From IMG/VR virus record IMGVR_UViG_3300032227_000978, positions 1 through 40,385 of that record: 40,385 nt of DNA; one strand, written 5' to 3'. The position numbers and the translations under genes were made by a program. Below, piece after piece: positions 7,879 to 15,914 of this stretch; position 1 is the first letter of the stretch; each line of letters opens with the position of its first letter. The notes beneath the pieces are model-generated. The model did no database searches, had not been told where the DNA came from, and saw only the letters and a list, made by a program, of their open reading frames with translations. This DNA comes from a virus. Its lineage: Duplodnaviria; Caudoviricetes.

Positions 7879-10800
7879 ATGAGCAGCATTTTAAAAGGTA
7901 TTGGCAAAGGTACCGACAAGAACCTACAGGGAGATACTAGTGATTTCTATAAAAGTAATGGTTCTAATAACAGTGCTGCTAGCTTGGTTAAGCAGGTCAA
8001 AGTAGCAAGAGACTATATAGGTAAAGACTCCGAGCCAAAAAAAGAACCTGAAGAAACAAACGAATCATACTGGGGAGGACCCAGTCCAGCACAATTGCGT
8101 TTTAATCGTGCTTTAAAAAAACAACAAAATAGTCCTGAAAATAAAGCAGATAGAGAAAAGTTTCAACAAGAACTAGACCGTATCATGCCTCCGCCGAAAA
8201 AGCCTGAAGATGATACTGAAAAACAAGTAACAGAAAAAACTAGCCCAGAGATTTTTAACAGACCAAAGAATGCTCCAATCTTTAGTACCAAACCTGAAAA
8301 AATTGGCAACTATATATTTGATGCTAGTGAATTTGAAGGGTCTATGGTATATGGTAAAGATGCTAAGGGTCTAGTCGTAAAAGCATATGATCCTAAAACT
8401 ATGGATGTTATAGGATCAGCAAGTTTTGTATTAGTTCGTAAAAAAGGTAAGAACGGTGACAGTTGGTTAGAAAGTGATGAAACTAAAGTTCAAGAAAAAT
8501 ATCGTGGTAAGGGTATTGCTACAGCAATGTATCAATATGCTAAAAATCTAGGTAATGATATTAAACCAAGCCCATATAAAAGCAGTGCTGGTGGTGAAAT
8601 GTGGAAAGCTTGGGGTAGAGATGTATTTGAAGATGGTTCGTCCCCACTTAGTGGAAAAACTGACTCGGGGTACACTTGGAAGTTTGAAGCAGGGCGTGAA
8701 GTGCCTTGGAAAAGTGATGTAGCGGCAAACACATTCGTTAGAGTAACTGATCCTGCAGGCAAGACTGTTGCTGGTGTTTGGGCCGATGTAGCGGGTGATT
8801 CACTTGAAGTTGAATATTCTCAAGTGTTTGATGAAGAATTGAGAGGTCGAGGTCTTTATACAGATTTGTTAAAAAGTTTAAGTGACCATTATGATATAAC
8901 ATCAGATACAGATGCAAATAATGCCGCTGTTAACGTATATAAACGATTAGGCGCAGATCATGACACTCGCCAAGCACGGCATACACTTCGTAAGAAAGGT
9001 GTAGCGGAAGGCGGAGCCGAAACAAGTTGGTCAACCGACACTGAAAAAATTACACTGCAGGATATTTTAGAACTAACCGATCATATCAAACAAATAAATT
9101 TACCTATAAACGATAATCTAAAAAGTAAACTAATTCATTGGGACGGAAACCCAGAAGAAATAGAAAGGATTAATCAAGTAATAGTGTCTAACCAGTTTCC
9201 CATTTTAGTTATGTTAGATGAGCAAGGGCAAATACAATTTATACTTGATGGCAACCATAGACTACATAAAGCGATAAAGGCCCAAGCAAAAACAATACCT
9301 GCTAAACTTATTAAACCCGGCGACCTTAACGATAAAGCAAAGAGAATACTTCATATAAACGAGCAAGCGGTGGCGGAAGGCTCGGCACAGATTACTGAAT
9401 TGCGTGATCGTATGTATCAATACATCAAAAGTATAGTACCAATTTGGCCTGATTATGTTGTACAAGATTGGTTGTATAAAGGAAAGGGGAAAAACAAGAA
9501 TTTCAATGCCGATGGCGGGAATATCAAAGACGAAATCCTTAAAATGATCGCAGGAGCAGGATTAAGTCCCAATGTCAATCCTTGGCAACTTGTGCCCAAC
9601 ATGAAGTTTACAATGGATATGTTTGATCCAATAACTAAACAGCGATTAATCGGGCGTGCTGGTGGTAAAAGTGATTTAGGTATGGGTATACCTAAAGACA
9701 AAGAAAGACATGCTACCCAAGCACAACTAGCACAACAGCAAGGTGGTGTTAGAAAAGAACCAGTGCTACTAATAAAAACATCTGAGGGTTACGAACTGTT
9801 AGAAGGTTGGCACAGAACTATTCAACACTTTGCTAAATATCCCGAAGGTTATACAGGTCCTGCGTATGTAGCAGTTGCCCAAGGTCAGCAAGGTGTAGCG
9901 GAAGGCCGAAAAAAGAAAAAGAAAAAAACTTCAAGATCCTTAGGCAGATATTTCTTCCCGGGCTATGGCTATTATGCTAGTGGAGAATCTGGCGAAGGCG
10001 GTGGCGATGGCGGTGGAGGAGAAAGTATGGCAGAAGGCACTAATGTTGACATTGGTGGCATAAAGTTAAATGTTGCGGTTGATGGAGCTGAGGTAATCAT
10101 TCGTCCTATAGTTGATGAATATCAAGCTGGTTATGCTGTATTTGACCGTGATGGCAATACACTAGTACCTGCTGATCTTGCGATTGATGAAGAGTTTCGT
10201 GGTCAAGGAATCGCTAAAATCATTTACGATTATGTAAAAAGTCTTGGATTTAATATTCTTCGCAGCAATGATCAAACTAGAGCAGGTAAACACTTTTGGG
10301 ATAAAAATCGCGGGGAAGGTAGTCAGGTGTGGGAACACGACATGCTTGACGAAGCTTGTTGGAAAGGTTATCACAAAGAAGGTAACAAGAAAATGTTTGG
10401 TAAAACATATCCTAACTGCGTGAAGAATACTAATGAAGGCTATCAACAATGCCCCGAGTGCGGTGGCCCAATGTTTAGCGAAGAAATGATTAACGAAAAG
10501 AAAGATGCTTGCTACTATAAAGTAAAAAGCAGATATAAAGTATGGCCCAGTGCATATGCATCAGGTGCATTAGTACAATGTCGTAAGAAAGGTGCTAACA
10601 ACTGGGGAACAAAGAGTGAAAGTTCTATACTAGAAGGTATAGAACAAACTGATGAGGATTTACATAAATGGTTCAAAGAGAAATGGGTAAGATTTGGACC
10701 TGATGGCAAGATACGTGGTGCTTGCGCTAGAGGTGATGGCAGCGAAGGTAAACCAAAATGTTTACCACAAAGCAAAGCACAGAATTTAGGTAAAAAAGGT

Positions 10801-11127
10801 CGTGCTAGTGCCGCTTCACGCAAACGCAGAGAAGATCCAAATCCCGAACGTAGTGGTAAAGCTATCAATGTTGCTACTAAAAAGAAAACTACCGAAAGTT
10901 CAATTCTTCAAGGTATAAGTGAAACAAAAGGTTTACCAATGCCTGGTTCTTATGAACAAGAATACGGTCCTTTTAAAAAGAAAGGTGGTTATCGTATAAT
11001 GACTCTTACTAGTGAGCAGGAAGAATTAGATGAGAAGTGGAGCAATAAATATAAGAGAAGCATAGATTGCAATCATCCAAAAGGATTTTCACAAAAGGCT
11101 CATTGCCAAGGAAAAAAGAAAAAATGA
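7879..11127 (+). CDS. Multidomain polyprotein: three GNAT acetyltransferase-like, two ParB/Srx-like, Zn-ribbon and small Cys-rich modules
   Basis: GNAT motif A copies YRGKGIA, LRGRGLY and FRGQGIA; ParB-like ILDGNHRL and LLEGWHR; CPECGG; modules joined by GVAEG/AVAEG/MAEG/LDE linkers. Confidence 0.7.
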   Translation: MSSILKGIGKGTDKNLQGDTSDFYKSNGSNNSAASLVKQVKVARDYIGKDSEPKKEPEETNESYWGGPSPAQLRFNRALKKQQNSPENKADREKFQQELDRIMPPPKKPEDDTEKQVTEKTSPEIFNRPKNAPIFSTKPEKIGNYIFDASEFEGSMVYGKDAKGLVVKAYDPKTMDVIGSASFVLVRKKGKNGDSWLESDETKVQEKYRGKGIATAMYQYAKNLGNDIKPSPYKSSAGGEMWKAWGRDVFEDGSSPLSGKTDSGYTWKFEAGREVPWKSDVAANTFVRVTDPAGKTVAGVWADVAGDSLEVEYSQVFDEELRGRGLYTDLLKSLSDHYDITSDTDANNAAVNVYKRLGADHDTRQARHTLRKKGVAEGGAETSWSTDTEKITLQDILELTDHIKQINLPINDNLKSKLIHWDGNPEEIERINQVIVSNQFPILVMLDEQGQIQFILDGNHRLHKAIKAQAKTIPAKLIKPGDLNDKAKRILHINEQAVAEGSAQITELRDRMYQYIKSIVPIWPDYVVQDWLYKGKGKNKNFNADGGNIKDEILKMIAGAGLSPNVNPWQLVPNMKFTMDMFDPITKQRLIGRAGGKSDLGMGIPKDKERHATQAQLAQQQGGVRKEPVLLIKTSEGYELLEGWHRTIQHFAKYPEGYTGPAYVAVAQGQQGVAEGRKKKKKKTSRSLGRYFFPGYGYYASGESGEGGGDGGGGESMAEGTNVDIGGIKLNVAVDGAEVIIRPIVDEYQAGYAVFDRDGNTLVPADLAIDEEFRGQGIAKIIYDYVKSLGFNILRSNDQTRAGKHFWDKNRGEGSQVWEHDMLDEACWKGYHKEGNKKMFGKTYPNCVKNTNEGYQQCPECGGPMFSEEMINEKKDACYYKVKSRYKVWPSAYASGALVQCRKKGANNWGTKSESSILEGIEQTDEDLHKWFKEKWVRFGPDGKIRGACARGDGSEGKPKCLPQSKAQNLGKKGRASAASRKRREDPNPERSGKAINVATKKKTTESSILQGISETKGLPMPGSYEQEYGPFKKKGGYRIMTLTSEQEELDEKWSNKYKRSIDCNHPKGFSQKAHCQGKKKK
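8992..9906 (+). repeat. Dispersed ~21 nt junction repeat, 3 copies (8992-9012, 9361-9381, 9886-9906)
   Basis: AAGAAAGGTGTAGCGGAAGGC, GAGCAAGCGGTGGCGGAAGGC and CAGCAAGGTGTAGCGGAAGGC, each at a domain boundary. Confidence 0.8.
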
Positions 11128-11170
11128 AAGATTATGATTTTTATTGGAATAGAAAAGGATACCCAAAATA

Positions 11171-11611
11171 ATGTTAGCAGATAACTTAAAAACTCTATTA
11201 GGAAGTACATTTGTAGTGTACACAAAAACACACGGATTTCATTGGAATATTGAAGGTCCTGATTTTCCTCAATATCATGAATTTTTGAAAAAAATGTATG
11301 AAAATATTTATGAAACCATTGATACTATCGCTGAATATATCAGAACATTAGATAGTTATTCACCCGGAAGCCTAAGTAGAATGCTTGAACTAAGTATCAT
11401 TGAAGAACAGTATAAAATTCCACGTGCTGAACTAATGCTAGAAGAATTATTAGAAAATTCTGAAACAATGACAAGATTAGTAGTTGAAATATTTGATATT
11501 GCTACCAAACAAAATGCTCAGGGAATTGCTAACTATATGGCTGAATTGCAAGATTTGTATACAAAGAATGCTTGGATGCTACGTGCTACTTTGAAAAAAG
11601 CCCGTGCATAA
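11171..11611 (+). CDS. dps: Dps/ferritin-like DNA protection protein
   Basis: HGFHWNIEGPDFPQYHEF and DTIAEYIR ferroxidase motifs, C-terminal WML, 146 aa. Confidence 0.92.
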   Translation: MLADNLKTLLGSTFVVYTKTHGFHWNIEGPDFPQYHEFLKKMYENIYETIDTIAEYIRTLDSYSPGSLSRMLELSIIEEQYKIPRAELMLEELLENSETMTRLVVEIFDIATKQNAQGIANYMAELQDLYTKNAWMLRATLKKARA

Positions 11612-12384
11612 TGAGACTTACTGAGTTTATGGTAGATGAAGAAATAGTACAAGATGCTATTGTTAGAATACCACAATCTGATGTATCAAGCCATGGTAAG
11701 GATTATATTGATCAATTAGAACGAGCCGCTATCCCCCAAATAAGTGCGATGTTTAAGAAACTAAAGCCTGTTCCCGATGATCAGGATTTAAGATATGGTA
11801 TTATTCCAAAAGATGATGTTGGTCAATATCATGTTATCATAGTTAATAATTCCGATCAGATAATAGGTGACTTGGCATTATCTCTTGTGAAAGATTTTCC
11901 ACTACAGCCTGCATATACTGTAGAGTTCATAACTGTTACAGAAGATTATCGTGGCATGGGTATTGGTAATCTATTATACAAGATAGCACTTAGAGATCAA
12001 GGTATACAATTAATAGCAGGTGAAAGCCAAACTGTAGGTGGTCGTAGAAATTGGATCAGTTTAAGTAAAACACCTGGTGTTACTATATCAGGTTGGGGGT
12101 GGGTCAATGTAAGTGAACAGGCTAACAGTAATCCTGAACTAGTTAAAATTCAAAAGCGATTTGAAAAATCTATGACAAAAGCAGGGGCAAAAAGTTTAGG
12201 TGTTAATAAAGGACCTTCAAATACACTATCTCGTGCGATTAATAAACATTGGTATTTGTTCCCAGTACATGCCGGTGAAAAAGAATTTAAAGCAATCAAC
12301 AATGCTATAAAGATTTATTATAATGATGTATATAATTTACCATTTTTATACAAGGTTGGATTGTTAGCAAATTGGGGTAATTAA
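11611..12384 (+). CDS. GNAT-family acetyltransferase-like protein
   Basis: Start placed at the TAATG overlap with dps (MRLTEFMVDE, capsid-targeting-like). Has DYRGMGIGNLLY motif A and a QTVGGRRNW segment like the other GNAT modules. Confidence 0.7.
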   Translation: MRLTEFMVDEEIVQDAIVRIPQSDVSSHGKDYIDQLERAAIPQISAMFKKLKPVPDDQDLRYGIIPKDDVGQYHVIIVNNSDQIIGDLALSLVKDFPLQPAYTVEFITVTEDYRGMGIGNLLYKIALRDQGIQLIAGESQTVGGRRNWISLSKTPGVTISGWGWVNVSEQANSNPELVKIQKRFEKSMTKAGAKSLGVNKGPSNTLSRAINKHWYLFPVHAGEKEFKAINNAIKIYYNDVYNLPFLYKVGLLANWGN

Positions 12385-12396
12385 GCAAGAATAATA

Positions 12397-12645
12397 TTGG
12401 CAACCATGAATACTACACTAGATTTTAAAACACAGCAAATTGTTAATTCTATCATGTCGGTACTAGAATTGGCTTATAGCCAAGGACGCATAGTGACTTG
12501 GCGTACTATTTTCACGTTCTTAAATTTTCCACCTGCTTCTTGGGAAAATGATGATGATATAGACGATCCAATACAAGTTAATAATGAAAGTGATTTAGTT
12601 ATTATGCGAGCTAGTCTTAGTAGTCACTTTGCTGTAAAACATTAA
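12397..12645 (+). CDS. Hypothetical protein
   Basis: ORF fills the gap between neighbours. Start is TTG 12397 or ATG 12406. Confidence 0.55.
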   Translation: MATMNTTLDFKTQQIVNSIMSVLELAYSQGRIVTWRTIFTFLNFPPASWENDDDIDDPIQVNNESDLVIMRASLSSHFAVKH

Positions 12646-12662
12646 CTAAACTAAATAATAGT

Positions 12663-14393
12663 ATGAGAGCAATTGAGTTTATAATTGAAACCCAAGTCTT
12701 GGACGAAATAGACATGAGTCCAAGTTCATTAAAGCAGTTAGCGGCAGGCACCGGCGCCATGGCAGGTATGGAATTTGAAATGTATGTACCTGATGTTGCA
12801 GGCGGTGAAGATGAAGATTCAAGCCCAGAGCCTGATTATGATGAAGATATACCTGCAAGAAGTCTTGACCAAATATATGAATTTTTTGAAGCCGATGGTG
12901 AGTGGAATAGCCCATTTGAAGTTAGTAGATTACATAGCAAATTACAAGAAGAATATACAGAATGGGTAAGCGAAAAAATAAGTGAAGATTGGGACCATTC
13001 ACCAACCGAGCATGTATATCAATGGGCAAAAGAAAATGTTGAATACGAAGATAGAGATGAACTTGACAAAATAGTTGAAAAGGCTGTAGAAGAAGGCCAT
13101 GGTAATGAAATATATGATCAAGCAGATGAAGCTTTTAGAGAAGATATGCTCGGAGAATATATGAATGATGAATCAAATGAAAGAGAGTTTTTAAGAGATT
13201 CAGGCATTAGATCCATGAGTGATATTGAATCAGGCTATGATATTACTTGGCCATATTGGACATACCCAGAGGCTGAAGGTGAAAGAACTATAAAAGAAGT
13301 TGCCTTACAATTTATGACCGATCTTGGTCTTAATAATATAGCTATAAGTGATAGTTACCATGGTAGTTATTATATGTCAGGAGGAAGTAACGATTGGAAA
13401 CCTATTGGTCGTAGTAAACCAAATGATACTTATACTATAGAACCAGATGGTAGTCTTACTTCAAAGAAAGAACCTAGTGATTCAGGTTTAGAATTTGTAA
13501 GTAATCCATTGCCCTTAGATGAAATGATTACTAGTTTAAATGAAGTAGTTCAATGGGCTAGAACAAATAATTGTTATACTAATAGAAGTACAGGTTTACA
13601 CATGAATGTAAGTGTACCTGGGTGTAGCCGTGAAAAATTAGACTATGTAAAACTTGCGCTATTATTAGGTGATGAATATGTATTAGACCAATTTGATCGT
13701 TCAGCAAATAGTTTCGCAAAAAGTGCAATGAGTAGTCTAAAGACTAGAGCCACCTATATACAGGGTGAACCGGAGTTACTTACTTTTTTTGATGAAATGA
13801 GAAAGGGTTTAAGTGTAGAGGCAGCAAAACTTATTCATAGTGGAATTACTGGCAAATATGTTAGTATTAATGCTAAAGAAGGCTATATTGAATTTCGCAG
13901 CCCGGGTGGCGATTGGTTAAATGAAGATATACCTAAATTAGAAAATACACTATTAAGATTTGTAGTAGCATTAGATGCTGCTTGCGATCCACAAAAATAT
14001 CGCACAGAATATCTTAAAAAATTATATAAATTATTAAAACCTACAACAAAAGGTGACGCACTTGATGTTTTTGCTAAGTATTCATCTGGTCAATTACAGA
14101 AACAAGACTTAATAACTTTACTTAAAAGAGCAAGAGGCATACAAAAACCCGCAGGCCCTATTAAAGCAAAAGTAAGTGCAGGTCCTGCTGAACCTGCATT
14201 TGGTCAACCACCAAGCAGAAATAATGAATATCAAATTTATGACAGTAGAACTGGTGAAGAATATGAACTTTTTCAGGCACGGGATGATGAACAAGCATTG
14301 GCAAGATTAGATGATTATCGTCGCATGGCTAGAAATAGTGCTAGTTCACTAGATCCCAATAGGTTTGTTCTCCGTCATGTGGTGAATGCATAA
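12663..14393 (+). CDS. Putative amidoligase (COOH-NH2 ligase type 2)
   Basis: GMEFE, EPDGSL, GLEFVS, STGLHMNV, KYVSIN and IEFRSPGG motifs; N-terminus MRAIEFIIE. Confidence 0.8.
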   Translation: MRAIEFIIETQVLDEIDMSPSSLKQLAAGTGAMAGMEFEMYVPDVAGGEDEDSSPEPDYDEDIPARSLDQIYEFFEADGEWNSPFEVSRLHSKLQEEYTEWVSEKISEDWDHSPTEHVYQWAKENVEYEDRDELDKIVEKAVEEGHGNEIYDQADEAFREDMLGEYMNDESNEREFLRDSGIRSMSDIESGYDITWPYWTYPEAEGERTIKEVALQFMTDLGLNNIAISDSYHGSYYMSGGSNDWKPIGRSKPNDTYTIEPDGSLTSKKEPSDSGLEFVSNPLPLDEMITSLNEVVQWARTNNCYTNRSTGLHMNVSVPGCSREKLDYVKLALLLGDEYVLDQFDRSANSFAKSAMSSLKTRATYIQGEPELLTFFDEMRKGLSVEAAKLIHSGITGKYVSINAKEGYIEFRSPGGDWLNEDIPKLENTLLRFVVALDAACDPQKYRTEYLKKLYKLLKPTTKGDALDVFAKYSSGQLQKQDLITLLKRARGIQKPAGPIKAKVSAGPAEPAFGQPPSRNNEYQIYDSRTGEEYELFQARDDEQALARLDDYRRMARNSASSLDPNRFVLRHVVNA

Positions 14394-14968
14394 TGATATC
14401 TAAATCATTCGTGGGTGAGGCTGCGGTCATGGAGTTATATAAAAAACTTCCTAGCCTATCTAAACATAACTACAAGACCATTGATAAATTGTTACGAGCA
14501 ATTGCTAAAAAACATGACATTAATCATGATGCGTTAAATGATTTATTTGTGAAAAAATTCAATCGTAGACCTGATAGTTGGATTAAAGGTAAATTAGACG
14601 AAGACGATGCTGATTATGAGTTAGAACAAGAAGTAGAAAAATTTGTAGATTGGGCTGCTAAAAAGTTAAATCTACAAACCACTCCCAAGATTGAATTAAG
14701 CATGGATACCGAAGAAGCACAAACTAATCATCATACCGGTAGACATGTACACGGTGAAAATAGCATTTGGGTATATGCTAAAAATCGTAACTTGGTTGAT
14801 ATCCTAAGAACGGTATTTCATGAATTGGTTCACGTTAAACAAGGTGAATTGGATTTGATTAAACCAGGATCTAGTTATCCGGGTAGCCCAATTGAAGCTC
14901 AAGCAGATATGCTTGCTGGGAAATTTATTAAGATATACGGCGAACGAAATCACCATATTTTCCAATAA
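14393..14968 (+). CDS. Zincin-like metallopeptidase domain protein
   Basis: VFHELVHVKQ (HExxH) with downstream IEAQA in the C-terminal half. Confidence 0.65.
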   Translation: MISKSFVGEAAVMELYKKLPSLSKHNYKTIDKLLRAIAKKHDINHDALNDLFVKKFNRRPDSWIKGKLDEDDADYELEQEVEKFVDWAAKKLNLQTTPKIELSMDTEEAQTNHHTGRHVHGENSIWVYAKNRNLVDILRTVFHELVHVKQGELDLIKPGSSYPGSPIEAQADMLAGKFIKIYGERNHHIFQ

Positions 14969-14972
14969 CAGT

Positions 14973-15001
14973 TTGACTTAAATTCAAATCTGTGTTATCA
15001 T
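14973..15001 (+). promoter_or_regulatory. Sigma70-type promoter (probably leaderless transcript)
   Basis: TTGACT-17 nt-TATCAT with extended -10 TG. ATG follows 6 nt later with no RBS. Confidence 0.65.
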
Positions 15002-15007
15002 ACACAG

Positions 15008-15598
15008 ATGCTCAAATTACTTTTCTCATTACCAAAACAAATTACCATTGCTCTAAGTGGTGGCGTAGATAGTGTAGCTATCACTGATTTCCTAACGAAA
15101 AATCATGAGGTAACTTGTGCATTTTATCATCATGGAACAGAAAATTCTCAACGGGCATTTGAGTTCGTTGCCAAATTCTGCACTGATCGGGATCTTCCTC
15201 TCTTAGTTGGAATGCTCTACACATCCAAACCCAAAGAATTAAGCCAAGAAGAATTTTGGCGAAACGAAAGATACAAGTTTTTTGAACCACTTGGTCCTGT
15301 GGTAACCGGACATCACCTTGATGACTGTACCGAAACTTATCTTTGGTCTTGTATGCACGGTACTCCCAAAGTAATTCCAAAAACCAGAGACAACGTATTA
15401 CGTCCTTTTCTAACTACTAGAAAAAGTGAATTTGTTAATTGGTGCGAACGTAAAAATATTAGCTGGTGTGAGGATCTAAGTAATGATGACGTTCAATATA
15501 CCCGTAATTACATTAGGCATTTGATGATGCCCAATGCATTAAAAGTTAACCCAGGCTTACACACTGTGGTAAAACGTTTGATTGAAAAGCAAGACTAA
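15008..15598 (+). CDS. tilS: tRNA(Ile)-lysidine synthetase-like, catalytic domain only
   Basis: PP-loop LSGGVDS, RNERY, TGHHLDD..ET, LRPFL, EDLSN and RNYIRH. Confidence 0.85.
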   Translation: MLKLLFSLPKQITIALSGGVDSVAITDFLTKNHEVTCAFYHHGTENSQRAFEFVAKFCTDRDLPLLVGMLYTSKPKELSQEEFWRNERYKFFEPLGPVVTGHHLDDCTETYLWSCMHGTPKVIPKTRDNVLRPFLTTRKSEFVNWCERKNISWCEDLSNDDVQYTRNYIRHLMMPNALKVNPGLHTVVKRLIEKQD

Positions 15599-15602
15599 AT
15601 GA

Positions 15603-15631
15603 TTGACTTTATCCACACAAACATATATACT
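15603..15631 (+). promoter_or_regulatory. Sigma70-type promoter
   Basis: TTGACT-17 nt-TATACT upstream of an AAGGAG RBS. Confidence 0.7.
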
Positions 15632-15653
15632 ATCACACTTTAAAGGAGAACTT

Positions 15654-15914
15654 ATGTCTACACGAACTTTTAGCGCCGAAGCAAAACTTAAACTTACGCA
15701 AATGGTCAATGAAGGTATGGCAACTATGCACGAAATCGATGCCCTTACTGAAGGACTGTCGGATACCGTTAAAGCAGTAGCAGAAGAATTGGAAATTAAA
15801 CCAAGTATTCTAAAAAAAGCAATCCGAATTGCACACAAGGCTAGCTTGGGACAGACTAACAAAGAACACGAAGATTTGAACGAAATCTTAGAAACCGTTG
15901 GAAAAACTCTTTGA
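15654..15914 (+). CDS. Small dsDNA-binding protein, T4 DsbA-like
   Basis: Start after AAGGAG. An 86 aa helical protein with D.VKAVAEELEIKPSILKKAIRIAHK pattern, adjacent to the polymerase. Confidence 0.55.
   Translation: MSTRTFSAEAKLKLTQMVNEGMATMHEIDALTEGLSDTVKAVAEELEIKPSILKKAIRIAHKASLGQTNKEHEDLNEILETVGKTL

Noticed and set aside
15008-15598. QueC for the deazaguanine pathway
   Set aside because: It shares the SGGxDS PP-loop but has TilS motifs (HHxDD, RP, RNxIR) and lacks the QueC zinc-binding cysteines.
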